This document shows, piece after piece, positions 1-9,158 of a stretch of 62,601 bases of DNA. The stretch is from an uncultured Actinomycetes bacterium (lineage in GTDB: Bacteria; Actinomycetota; Thermoleophilia; UBA2241): contig CAVYCN010000016.1 in the NCBI GenBank assembly GCA_963767005.1, positions 1 through 62,601 on the forward strand. Reading direction: 5' to 3'. The first letter of the stretch is position 1, and each line of letters starts with the position of its first letter. The notes beneath the pieces are model-generated. The model saw nothing but the letters and a program-made list of their open reading frames with translations. It ran no database searches and was not told the origin of the DNA. A program made the position numbers and the translations under genes.

Positions 1-2
1 GC

Positions 3-167
3 CGCACGGTGTGGATCGAGGTCAAGACCGCGACTGGCCGGCAGAGCGACTACCAGGTCGACTTCGAACGGGCCGTCGTCGCCCACGGCTGCGAGTACCT
101 GCTGGCGCGCAGTTCGGCCGACGTCGACTGCCTCGTCGACTGCCTGACCGAAAGGATGTCCGCATGA
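3..167 (+). CDS. VRR-NUC domain nuclease, C-terminal part (gene truncated by window edge)
   Basis: Hand translation RTVWIEVKTATGRQSDYQVDFERAVVAHGCEYLLARSSADV matches the VRR-NUC EvK..Gr.s..Q..f......G..y...rs pattern. Stop overlaps the terL ATG (ATGA, 164-167). Confidence 0.75.
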   Translation, partial: RTVWIEVKTATGRQSDYQVDFERAVVAHGCEYLLARSSADVDCLVDCLTERMSA

Positions 168-1594
168 GCACCCGCGCCCGCATCGACCGCGCCGCCGCCC
201 TGGCCACCACTCATGCACCCGCACAGCCGAAGGGCAAGCGCCCCACGCCGCTCGAGTTCATCGAGAGCTTGTCGATCGACGACAAGGTGACGGGCGCGGC
301 TATCCCGTTCCGGCTCTGGGACAGTCAGCGCGAGATGCTGCGCCTCATCGTCGAGTCCGAGCGCCTCGTGCTGGTCAAGGCTCGCCAGCTCGGCGCCTCG
401 TGGCTCGCCCTGGCGTACATGCTCTACCTCGCCACCTTCGAGCAGGGACAGCTCTACCTCGTGGCGCGGCAGTCGCTCGAAGAATCTGCGGAGGGCATCG
501 TGCGCCTGCGCCGGATGCTGGCCTCAGTGCCCGAACGGTGGCGCTGCGAGGCGACCACCGACAACGTCTTCAGCATCGCCCTGGCGACCGGCTCGCGCAT
601 CCGCGCCCTGTCGTCGACCAAGTCGGTCGGCCGCGGCCTCGCGTCCCGCTACGTGATCGCCGACGAACTGGCCTTCTGGTCCGACAGCGAATCCCAGTTC
701 GCCGCCCTCGAGCCCGGCGCGCAACGCCTGCACGTGATCAGCACCGGCGCCGGCCCGCACGACTTCTTCCACCGCCTCTACCTGCAGGCCGTCTCGGGTG
801 AGGGCCGCTTCGTACCGGCCTTCTTCAGTTGGCGCGCCCACCCCGAACGTGATGATGCTTGGTGGCGGGCCAACGTCGAACTCGCGGCCTCGCCGACCCT
901 GGCGCGCCGCGAGTACTGCGAGCGGCCCGAGGACGCCTTCACGAGTCCGTCGGGCGTGTGGGCTGAGACGTTCTCGAGCGAGCGGAACGTCGACGACATC
1001 GAACCCGTGCCCAACTGGCAGACGGTGCGCGGAATCGACTGGGGCTACCACAGTCCCGCGGCTCTGTTCCTGCAGCTCTCACCCGCCGGCCAGCCCTTCA
1101 TCGTCCACGAGTACCTGCCGCACGACCTCGTCACCAACGAATTCGTCGCCGGCATCCTGCGCGAAGAGGCCAAGCTCGCCCTGGCCATCCCGCCGCACAC
1201 CTCCTACGTCGACCCCGCCGGCGCCCAGGTCAATGTCCAAGTGCAGACGCCCGAAGTCGAAGCCGCTCGTCGCGCCGGCCTTGCCCCCGTCTACCGTCAC
1301 AGCCTCATCCGTGAGGGCTGCACCCGCATCATGGACGCCCTGGCGGACCCCGAGCTGCCGCTTGTCGTCAGCACGCGCTGCCCATTCCTCATCGAAGCCC
1401 TCTCGAGCGCCAAGGTCGACCCCAACAAAGAGGGCGAGTATCTGAAGGACGGCTACTACGAGCACTGCTTGGACGCGCTCAGAATGATCATGCTTCACCT
1501 GCGACTCGGCCCCGTGCCCGAGTACAACCTGCCCGAACCCACGCCCGGCCCCGGCAGCGGCCTCTGGGGCCCCGGCGGCCGGCGGATCTGGTAG
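164..1594 (+). CDS. terL: Phage terminase large subunit
   Basis: Walker A-like LVKARQLGAS, Walker B YVIADELAF, nuclease motifs GIDWG and HCLDALR. Start set at ATG 164 (translational coupling). Confidence 0.9.
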   Translation: MSTRARIDRAAALATTHAPAQPKGKRPTPLEFIESLSIDDKVTGAAIPFRLWDSQREMLRLIVESERLVLVKARQLGASWLALAYMLYLATFEQGQLYLVARQSLEESAEGIVRLRRMLASVPERWRCEATTDNVFSIALATGSRIRALSSTKSVGRGLASRYVIADELAFWSDSESQFAALEPGAQRLHVISTGAGPHDFFHRLYLQAVSGEGRFVPAFFSWRAHPERDDAWWRANVELAASPTLARREYCERPEDAFTSPSGVWAETFSSERNVDDIEPVPNWQTVRGIDWGYHSPAALFLQLSPAGQPFIVHEYLPHDLVTNEFVAGILREEAKLALAIPPHTSYVDPAGAQVNVQVQTPEVEAARRAGLAPVYRHSLIREGCTRIMDALADPELPLVVSTRCPFLIEALSSAKVDPNKEGEYLKDGYYEHCLDALRMIMLHLRLGPVPEYNLPEPTPGPGSGLWGPGGRRIW

Positions 1595-1914
1595 TGATGA
1601 CCACCTCGACGACACCCGGCCGCCATCGACCCGCCAACGCCCTGACCGACGCCGCCCTCGAGCGCGCCGCCGCCGCCTTCGCGCCACCGGAGCCGGACCC
1701 CGCCGCCGTGCTGGCGCCGGCCGCCTCGCCGGACCTGGTCGACCCGCGCGCCCTGGCCGACGCCCTCGCGGCGCCGCTCAGCGCCCGCAGCCGTCGCGCC
1801 CGCCGCAAGGTTGCGCACCGGCGCAAGGTCGCCCGCGCCATCGCCGACCGCGAGCGCGAGCTGCGCCGGCGTGGGTATGTGCCCGACCGCGACGCAGACG
1901 AGGCGACGTCATGA
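1594..1914 (+). CDS. Hypothetical phage protein (Ala/Arg rich)
   Basis: ORF abuts the terL stop, with matching codon bias. Confidence 0.6.
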   Translation: MMTTSTTPGRHRPANALTDAALERAAAAFAPPEPDPAAVLAPAASPDLVDPRALADALAAPLSARSRRARRKVAHRRKVARAIADRERELRRRGYVPDRDADEATS

Positions 1915-2060
1915 CCCTGCCCGCAGAATCCCGTCTGACCGCGCTAGTGGCGCCGTACGTAGGCCATACAGCGCGTTCGCGCCCTTCCGAGGGGTCCTAC
2001 CCACCACACGCCCGAACGCCCCAAACAGGCCCACAGGGGCCGCCACAGCAAGGAGCCCAC

Positions 2061-2519
2061 ATGACAACGCAGATCCCCACCGCCAGTAGCCAGATCGCCG
2101 ACCTCGTCGCCGCTCGTCGCGCCGCCAACCCCGACGAGAAGATCGACGCCTCGTTCGCCGCCGTCCTGGCCGCCAACCCCGAACTGCGTGCACAGTACGC
2201 GCAGGAGTCCTTCGGCCCGTCGCCGATGAAGATCCCGCCCACCGCCATCGGCTCAAACCTCGGCCAGGCCGGCGCGCAGGCCGTCCAGCAGGTCGGCGCC
2301 GGGATGCCGAAGATGGGCCAGCCGCTGAGCGAAGCGGGCCCCGACAAGGCCCTCGCCGCCGCCATCACGTTGTGGTGCTGCGATCATGACCTCGACTCGA
2401 CGACCCTCGCCGGCATCGACGCCGCCCGCCTGGCCCTGCGCCGCGACCGCCCCGAGCTGTTCGAGTCATACGCCACCTGGCTCGCCGAGCAGCACGGCGG
2501 CGCCTCGGTCGAGTCATGA
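2061..2519 (+). CDS. Hypothetical phage protein, possibly scaffold-like
   Basis: AGGAG RBS before ATG 2061. Two A....L....PEL...Y motifs. Confidence 0.65.
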   Translation: MTTQIPTASSQIADLVAARRAANPDEKIDASFAAVLAANPELRAQYAQESFGPSPMKIPPTAIGSNLGQAGAQAVQQVGAGMPKMGQPLSEAGPDKALAAAITLWCCDHDLDSTTLAGIDAARLALRRDRPELFESYATWLAEQHGGASVES

Positions 2520-2716
2520 CCGCCGCCGAGCCCCGAAACGGAGTGCGGACGCCGGCCGAGGCCACGAATTATCTTCTTCGTGCCTGCGCCGAGAAGATGC
2601 GCGACGCCGAGCGCCGTGGCGAGCACCTCGGCATGCTCTCGGCCTACCTGGAACTGAACCACGACCCGGTGGATCGGGCGATCTGGAACCTCGCCGCCGC
2701 CGACGTCGCGTGCTGA
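2516..2716 (+). CDS. Hypothetical phage protein
   Basis: ATGA overlap with the upstream gene. Confidence 0.6.
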   Translation: MTAAEPRNGVRTPAEATNYLLRACAEKMRDAERRGEHLGMLSAYLELNHDPVDRAIWNLAAADVAC

Positions 2717-3387
2717 GCACCACCGCCCTGATCGTCGCCGACGCCAACCCGGACCTCGTCGCCTTCTTGGCCGGCCCGGTCGGCGCGGCGTTGCTGCGTC
2801 TGGTACCGCCGGCGACCGTTCAGCGCGCCCCCGACAAGAGCCGCCAGGCAACCGCCGAGCGCAGCCGCCAGACGAAGGAACTGCCGAAAAATGACACGTG
2901 GCCAAAATCGGCAGTTCTTGCGCAGTACCGCGAGCCGGCGTGGTCGGCGCCGCTGAAGGTCTGCACGAAGTGCGGTCACGCCCTGCCGGCCACCCTCGAG
3001 CAGTTCGGCCCACACGGCAGTACCAGCGACGGCCTGCGCTCCGTCTGCCGCCCCTGCCGGCGCACACGCAGCGTCGGCCTGCGTCGTGAGCCGCGGACGA
3101 CGGTGCCGCGCCAGCCCCGCCCCACGACGCCGGCGATCCAGCAGTGGTGCGCCCGCTACGCCGCCGAGCACCACTGCGGCGCCGATCAGGCCCGCGACGT
3201 ACTCACCCGTTGGCCGGCCGGTTGCGCCCTGGTGCACGAGCTGAAGCGCCTACGCCGGAGCCCGTACAGCCTGCCCGCGGCCCGCGCCTTCGTGCGCGCC
3301 TACCGCCAAGAGAATCCGTTCAGCGGCGTCAGAACCGCCCTCGCCGCCTACTGCCACATCGAAGAACCGACAAGGAGAATCCCGTGA
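2710..3387 (+). CDS. Phage protein with CxxC...CxxC zinc finger
   Basis: KVCTKCGHALP...F...SDGLRSVCRPC resembles the Zn finger often found N-terminal to phage HNH/EndoVII proteins. GTG start overlaps the previous stop. Confidence 0.6.
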   Translation: MLSTTALIVADANPDLVAFLAGPVGAALLRLVPPATVQRAPDKSRQATAERSRQTKELPKNDTWPKSAVLAQYREPAWSAPLKVCTKCGHALPATLEQFGPHGSTSDGLRSVCRPCRRTRSVGLRREPRTTVPRQPRPTTPAIQQWCARYAAEHHCGADQARDVLTRWPAGCALVHELKRLRRSPYSLPAARAFVRAYRQENPFSGVRTALAAYCHIEEPTRRIP

Positions 3388-4073
3388 GCATCGACTACAA
3401 CGCCCAGCGCGCCCGCCTGGCCGACAAACTGGTGGCCGCCGAGGGCGCCCGCGACGCCCTCGAAGGCGACCTCGGCGCCGCCTCCTACGCAGACCTTGAA
3501 GACGGCGGCAGCCGCGCCGCCGTCGTGGCTGCGAAGATCGCCGCGACTGAGGCCGACATCCGCGGCCTGCACGCCGCCGCCGCCGAGATCGACCGCGCCG
3601 ATCTCGCCGAGCGCGCCAAGGCCGAGGCCGACCACCGCGCCGATCTCGCCAAGCAGCTCGACCGCGCCCTCGTGGCCCTCGAGCGCGCCGACGCCAAGCT
3701 GGCCGACGAGCTGATCGCCTTCGCCGCGGCGAAGGCCGCCGCCGAAAAAGCGCAGGACAAAGCGGCCACCCTGGCCCGCCAGCTCGGCACGAAGCTGACC
3801 GGACCGGACCTGCGGCCGCGCCTGCGTTTCGCCGCCTGGAAAGCCGACGCCGCGCTGCCGCCGATGGAGTCGCTCGAGCTGCCGCCCGGCTGGACTCAGA
3901 TCGACGCCGACGCCGACCTGCGCATCAAGCGCAGTGCACGGCCGCTCCACCCCGAGCCGCGCCCGGCAGCGCCGACACGCCCGCTCGCGGCCGTCGACCC
4001 GATGCCGGCCCCCCTCCGCCCGGTCGACGAGCCGCTCGGCGAAGGGCAGATCCCGGCCGCCCTGCGCGGCTGA
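3384..4073 (+). CDS. Hypothetical coiled-coil phage protein
   Basis: AAGGAG RBS plus GTG 3384. Long Ala-rich helical sequence. Confidence 0.7.
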   Translation: MSIDYNAQRARLADKLVAAEGARDALEGDLGAASYADLEDGGSRAAVVAAKIAATEADIRGLHAAAAEIDRADLAERAKAEADHRADLAKQLDRALVALERADAKLADELIAFAAAKAAAEKAQDKAATLARQLGTKLTGPDLRPRLRFAAWKADAALPPMESLELPPGWTQIDADADLRIKRSARPLHPEPRPAAPTRPLAAVDPMPAPLRPVDEPLGEGQIPAALRG

Positions 4074-4312
4074 AGAAGTGTGGCTGAGAGTACGGGATTG
4101 CTCTCGGTCGCCGGGGCGGGTCTCGGTGTCTTCCTGCCCCACCAGCCGGCGGCCGGGCCGGGTCGCAGACTCCGCTCGGCCCGGCCGTCCGGCTCAAATC
4201 CTGAGTGCCGAGAAGTGCCGTTAGTGAACGCCAGCCCGCGACGCGGGCTCGTGAAAGGACATGAAGATGACGCATGCAGACGGAACCAAAGCCCCGCCGG
4301 CGCCCGGCCGCC

Positions 4313-4500
4313 AAGCCGTCGCCGAGCTGACGGCCGAGGGCCTGTCGCAGCGCGAGGTGGCGGACGTGATCGGGGTGGATGCCGCCACGGTCAATCGCGA
4401 TCTCGGCGTTGGAACGCAACGGACGAGCCAGACGACTACCCTCAAGATGATGAGTCCTGTGTTGCAGATACAACGCCCCCGAATCTCAGGTCGCCGGCCC
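4313..4500 (+). pseudogene. Silent alternative 3' cassette of the HTH gene
   Basis: Same HTH helix and turn as 4442-4927 but a different recognition helix (AATVNRD). It lacks the N-terminal domain and has an apparent 1-nt deletion near 4412. Confidence 0.6.
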
Positions 4501-4725
4501 GCAGGCCGCGGCGGGCGCAGCGGCCGGCGCGGCCGGCGACCCGAGCTTCGGGCGGTGAAGATTCACCGATACCCGTGTCGTCTAGAGCGTCGGTGACGGG
4601 CTCGGGTGGTGGATCTTCACCGGCAAGAGCCCTCTGATCGTGGAGCACCGTGGCGTGATCCACCCCGATCACGTCCGCCACCTCGCGCTGCGACAGGCCC
4701 TCGGCCGTCAGCTCGGCGACGGCTT
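4313..4725. repeat. Large imperfect inverted repeat with perfect 68-bp outer arms (4313-4380 and 4658-4725)
   Basis: The arms are exact reverse complements encoding AVAELTAEGLSQREVADVIGVD. Inner homology gtcgccggcc/ggccggcgac at 4490-4499 and 4531-4540. Confidence 0.95.
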
Positions 4726-4927
4726 CGCGGCGTTCCTCGATCGGCATCTTGACGTAGCCGTGGTACGTCTCCGCCCACTCGCGGCGCGTGAGGCCAAGGA
4801 GCGTGGGGACTTCGAGCTTGACGGCCAGGGCAATCGTGCGCCACCAGCCCTCGCCGATCTGCGCTAGGTTCCGCGAGAACTCAAGCGCATCATCGGCCGT
4901 AAGTGCGTTGGGGGTATCATTCGCCAT
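4442..4927 (-). CDS. HTH DNA-binding protein
   Basis: ERREAVAELTAEGLSQREVADVIGVDHATVLHD is a clear HTH. GGAAGG RBS before ATG 4927. Confidence 0.75.
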   Translation of the reverse strand: MANDTPNALTADDALEFSRNLAQIGEGWWRTIALAVKLEVPTLLGLTRREWAETYHGYVKMPIEERREAVAELTAEGLSQREVADVIGVDHATVLHDQRALAGEDPPPEPVTDALDDTGIGESSPPEARVAGRAGRCARRGLRAGDLRFGGVVSATQDSSS

Positions 4928-5401
4928 GCGGCCACCTTCCAAGCGGGGAGGGAACTGCCACGGCCGGGGACGCTGCAACGTCGCCCGGCCACCTTTCGTC
5001 TGTCATGCCTCGACCTCCAGGACGCCTTGGTCTGGATTGACCATAAGGTCCTGGCACAGTGCGGGTGAGCTACGAGGAGAACGTGCTGCCGAGGCCCTGA
5101 ACGTAAACCGGCCCGCCTCGAGTGAACGAGACGGGCCGGCTCGGGCGCGGCGTGTAGCGGGCGAGCGTGTCTGTGTGCCGGGGAGCGCTCGCCTGGTTCT
5201 TGGATTCGGTTGCGGTACGCTATGGCGGCACCGACGACGGTCATCGGGGGCGGCCTCTCTGAATGACCACGCTTTGACCACGGGACTTCGTTTTCCGATG
5301 CCCTTAGTAGCGGAACGTCGGATAACCGAAAGCGGCCAGGTGCAGGGAAGTTCCGAGACTCGGACAGGCCGAGCGCGACCCCGGATAACGCCTTCAGGGA
5401 C

Positions 5402-5446
5402 CTACGGAACCGAAGGTCGGGAGTTCGAATCTCTCCTGGCGCACCA
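5402..5446 (+). other. att site: 3' half of tRNA-Arg(ACG)
   Basis: ctacggaaccgaaggtcgggagttcgaatctctcctggcgcacca gives an ACG anticodon loop, T arm and CCA, with no matching 5' acceptor strand or D arm upstream. Confidence 0.85.
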
Positions 5447-5613
5447 GACTCCCCCCGCATATCGCACTCTTCGTCGAATGCTGCCGCAATCGCCGCGCTG
5501 TCCCTCGCGAAGATCGCGAGCACGGCGCGCGATGGCGGCGTGACAGTCGGCGTTGGGCTTGCGCCGGCTTGGTCACTCGGGTGCCTCCATCTGCTCGAAC
5601 GCCCCCGCTTGCG

Positions 5614-8250
5614 CTACTTCACCCTGAACGTCTTCCAGGCGGTCGCCGCGGCCGTGGTTGTCGCCGTCTTTGCGATCGTGGCCCTGATGCGATAGCGGCC
5701 CGTCTTGGCGGGCTTGCAGGTGCAGCTGTAGGTGCCGCTGGCGCCGATCGTCGCCGTCGTGGTCCTGACCTTGCGCCACTTGCCGTCCGCCTTGCGCTGC
5801 ACGGTGACGGTGACCTTCTCGCCGGCCAGGCTTGACGGTGTCACCGTGCCCTTGGCGGTGAGACGTTTGCCGAGCTTCAGGGCGCCACTTTTCAGGCCGC
5901 TCAACTTGAGCGTCAGGGTGGGCGTGATGAGCGACCCCGCCCGGGTCACCGTCACGCTATAGGTCTGCTTGGCGCCATCCGCGGCGGTGACCACGACGCC
6001 GATGACGGTGGCGCCCACCTTCAGGGCGATCGGGTTCGTGACCGTGGTACCGCCCACCTGCAGGGCGCAGCTGGCCTCGCCGTCGTTGGCCGTCGGGGTG
6101 ACGGTGATGGCGGCCACGCCGTTGGCGACGCTGTCTGTGTATCTTACGGTGGCCGGCGAGAAGGCCGGCTTGAGGGTGCCCGCCGAGACCGTCAGGCTGT
6201 AGAGGGTGTCGTCGCCGGATACCCAGGTCACGGTCAGGCTGTAGGTCCGCTGGGCGCCGCTTTGGGCGGTGACCACGACGTCGATGACGTTGAAGCCCGC
6301 ATAGAGGGCGATCGGGTTGGAGACCGTGCTGCCGTACACCTGCAGGACAGAAGAGGCGTTGACGTCGTTGCTCGTCGGAGTGACGGTGATGGCACTTACG
6401 CTGTTGGCGACGCTGTCTGTGTAGTTCAGGGTGGCCGGAGAGAAGGCCGGTCTCAGGGTGCCGGCCGAGACCGCGAGGCTCTTGAGGCTGTCGTCGCTCG
6501 AGGCAGCCGCCCGGGTGACCGTCAGGCTGTAGGTCCGCTGGGCGCCGCTTTGTGCGGTGACCACGACGCCGATGACGGTGGCGCCCACCTTCAGGGCGAT
6601 CGGGTTCGTGACCGTGGTACCGCCCACCTGCAGGGCGCAGCTGGCCTCGCCGTCGTTGGCCGTCGGGGTGACGGTGATGGCGGCCACGCCGTTGGCGACG
6701 CTGTCTGTGTAGGTCAGGGTGGATGACGCGAAGGCCGGACTCAAGGTCCCTTCCGAGACCGTCAGGCTCTTCAGGGTGTCGTCCCCAGAGAGCACGCTGA
6801 CGGTGAAGCTCGTGACGCTGGTGGCCACACCGCCGGGAGTCGTGACCGTGATTCTTCCGCTCGTGGCGCCGTTCGGCACGGTCGCCGTGATCTGCGTGTC
6901 GCCGACCACCTTGAAGCTCGCACTGACGCCGTTGAAGGCGACCTTGCTGGCGGCGGCAAGACCCGTGCCGGTCAAGGTCACGCTGGCACCCACCAGACCG
7001 AAGGCCGGGCTGAAGCTCACCAGCGTGGGGGCCGGCCAGCCGCCGTTGGAGGTGGCGACAATGACGCTGGAGTAGGTGGCGCTGGTCTCGTCGTATGTGT
7101 CGCCCGCCGCCCAGCCGTCACTGGCGTTGGCGAAGGCGACGCTGTTCAGGTACGTGTTCGCGATCGCAGGCGAACTCTGTGAGCTCCAAGTGCTGCCGGC
7201 GTCGGTAGTGGCGAGGATGGTCCCGGAGTAGCCCGCCGCCCAGCCGTCACTTGGGTTGGCAAAGGCGACGACCCCCGGGGACGCGTTCGCGAGCGGGCCC
7301 GAGCTCTGCTTGTTCCAAATCGTGCCACCGTCCGTTGTGACGAGTACGGTGCCGGGTTCGCCCACCGCCCAGCCGTCACTGGCGTTCGTGAAGGCGACGC
7401 CCGTCAACGCCAGGTCGGTCGTGTCTGCGTACTGGGTGTTCCAGGTGGCGCCGCCGTCGGTAGTTGCGAGAATCACGCCGCCGATGTCTTCGCCCTCGCT
7501 GTCGGTCTTGGAGCCCACTGCCCAGCCGTCACCGGCGTTGGCAAAGGCAACGGCGTTGAGCTGCGTGTCCGCGCTCGTGCCCAGGCTCTGCGGGCTCCAG
7601 CCGGCACCGCCGTCGGTGGTGGCCAGGATGACGCCCGTGTAGTAGTCGGGCTCGTCGGCCATCACCCGGCTGTCCCTCGGGTTGAGCCAGGCGCCGTTGC
7701 TGGGAGCCAATCCGCGAGGCCCATCGCCGACGAACACGAGGGCGGCGGAGTTAGAGCCCACCGCCCAGCCGTCACTGGCGTTGGCAAAGGCAACGCCGTT
7801 GAGCGACGTGTCCTGCGCTTCGGAGGCCGAGGCCGAGTACTGGGTGTTCCAGCTGATGCCGCCGTCGGTGGTGGCGAGGATGAGTCCATTGCCGGCGGCA
7901 TCGCCGACCGCCCAGGCGTGACTGACGTTGGTGAAGGCGACGCCGAGTAGTAGCGCGGAAGTCGGTGTGCCCGAACTCTGCGCGCGCCAGTTGGTGCCGC
8001 CGTTCGTGGTGGTGAGGATGACGGGGGCGAAGGTGTCCTCGTTCCAGCCCACTGCCCAACCGTCGCTGCTGGTAGCGAAGGCGACGCCAGTGAGGTTCGC
8101 GTTCGCAAGCACAGCCGAGCTCTGAAGGCTCCAGCCGACGGCGGCCAGCGCAGCGGCCGGCAACGCCAGGGCAAGGCTGAGCAGGAGGATCACGAGGGCG
8201 AGCGGGAGCACGACGGAACGAGTGCTGGAGCGGTGGCGAGGTCGTGACAT
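5614..8250 (-). CDS. Secreted protein: YCF48/BNR-type propeller repeats, IPT/TIG domain and three cadherin-like beta-sandwich domains
   Basis: Signal peptide, repeated VAFANASDGWAVG...ILATTDGG..W, PTLVSFSP...ITATVP (IPT), three DDTL.SL.VS.GTL.PAF...Y repeats. Confidence 0.85.
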   Translation of the reverse strand: MSRPRHRSSTRSVVLPLALVILLLSLALALPAAALAAVGWSLQSSAVLANANLTGVAFATSSDGWAVGWNEDTFAPVILTTTNGGTNWRAQSSGTPTSALLLGVAFTNVSHAWAVGDAAGNGLILATTDGGISWNTQYSASASEAQDTSLNGVAFANASDGWAVGSNSAALVFVGDGPRGLAPSNGAWLNPRDSRVMADEPDYYTGVILATTDGGAGWSPQSLGTSADTQLNAVAFANAGDGWAVGSKTDSEGEDIGGVILATTDGGATWNTQYADTTDLALTGVAFTNASDGWAVGEPGTVLVTTDGGTIWNKQSSGPLANASPGVVAFANPSDGWAAGYSGTILATTDAGSTWSSQSSPAIANTYLNSVAFANASDGWAAGDTYDETSATYSSVIVATSNGGWPAPTLVSFSPAFGLVGASVTLTGTGLAAASKVAFNGVSASFKVVGDTQITATVPNGATSGRITVTTPGGVATSVTSFTVSVLSGDDTLKSLTVSEGTLSPAFASSTLTYTDSVANGVAAITVTPTANDGEASCALQVGGTTVTNPIALKVGATVIGVVVTAQSGAQRTYSLTVTRAAASSDDSLKSLAVSAGTLRPAFSPATLNYTDSVANSVSAITVTPTSNDVNASSVLQVYGSTVSNPIALYAGFNVIDVVVTAQSGAQRTYSLTVTWVSGDDTLYSLTVSAGTLKPAFSPATVRYTDSVANGVAAITVTPTANDGEASCALQVGGTTVTNPIALKVGATVIGVVVTAADGAKQTYSVTVTRAGSLITPTLTLKLSGLKSGALKLGKRLTAKGTVTPSSLAGEKVTVTVQRKADGKWRKVRTTTATIGASGTYSCTCKPAKTGRYRIRATIAKTATTTAAATAWKTFRVK
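5984..6711. repeat. 158-bp exact direct repeat (5984-6141 = 6554-6711) between cadherin-like domains
   Basis: Direct comparison, offset 570 bp. Confidence 0.9.
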
Positions 8251-8571
8251 GGTCCCCCCTTGGGTAGGCGACGCAGACGCCAGGAAACGCCAAGAACGGC
8301 CCTTCGAGGCCGCTCTCGCCAGTCGCTCCCCACCAGGTCATGCAGGTGGTAGCACGAACGGCCGACGGGTCAAGGCGCCCTCAACTCACGGACTGCTCGT
8401 CTCGTGTCTGTCGTACGACTCCCCCCTACACCCCGCGGACCCTGTAGTCAACATTGGCGACGATCTGCCTTGCGAACGGGTCGGCGAAGTACTGCGTCTC
8501 GCGCGTGACGAGCCCGTGCCGCTGTGACTACGCCGCCTGCGATCCTTCGAGCGCGGCGGCTACTCAGCGGC

Positions 8572-9129
8572 TCACCGAGGCTCCAACGACTCAGGTACCA
8601 TCACCAGGCTCCGATACTCGGACTGCCAGCGGTTCGCCGGCCCCAGCAGGAAGACCGTATAGTCGTCCTTCGCGTTCCATAGGACCCACTGCTCGCTTTC
8701 GATCTCGGAGGTCGACGGATCGCTCGCGGTCCCGGTGTCGATGTCGCCGAGGACGAAGCCGCGCAGCCCGTTCATAGTGACCACCCGGGAGACAGTGAAG
8801 GACACGAGATGCTTCCCCAGGTCCTTGCTGCGGATGAGCGTCATGGCGGCGAGAGCCTGCGCGGGAGACTCCTGAGGAGCCCCGCGCCACGGCTGCAGAT
8901 AGACGGCGATGCGCGACCGGGCGCCTGGGTCCGTAAGCTCGACCTTCAGGGAGCCCTCGACGACTCCCGCCTGCACCGGGCCCGGGCGGAACGAGCTGGG
9001 ATACCGGAAGCTGCACTGCAATCTGGCGCTCGCGAAGGTCGCGATAGGCGGACCGGTGTGACCGCCGCACGCGTTCGCGCCGGCTACCCCGCCGACGAGC
9101 AGGGCCAGGACGAACAGACCACGCAACAT
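8572..9129 (-). CDS. Hypothetical exported or lipoprotein
   Basis: Hydrophobic N terminus followed by ANACGG. FRYPSSF motif as in PsbP-like proteins. Confidence 0.6.
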   Translation of the reverse strand: MLRGLFVLALLVGGVAGANACGGHTGPPIATFASARLQCSFRYPSSFRPGPVQAGVVEGSLKVELTDPGARSRIAVYLQPWRGAPQESPAQALAAMTLIRSKDLGKHLVSFTVSRVVTMNGLRGFVLGDIDTGTASDPSTSEIESEQWVLWNAKDDYTVFLLGPANRWQSEYRSLVMVPESLEPR

Positions 9130-9158
9130 CGAGCTACGGTCTGCCCCGCACTCGCCCC

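Larger units (their letters stand above)
1..5446. mobile_element. Right part of an integrated prophage or phage-satellite-like element, bounded by a tRNA-Arg-derived att site
   Basis: VRR-NUC, terminase large subunit, tightly coupled small hypothetical genes and an HTH gene, ending at a duplicated tRNA 3' half (5402-5446). Left end lies outside the window. Confidence 0.8.

Noticed and set aside
5370-5446. Complete tRNA-Arg gene
   Set aside because: No 5' acceptor strand (GCGCCAG) or D arm upstream. Only the 3' half is present, so it is treated as an att duplicate.
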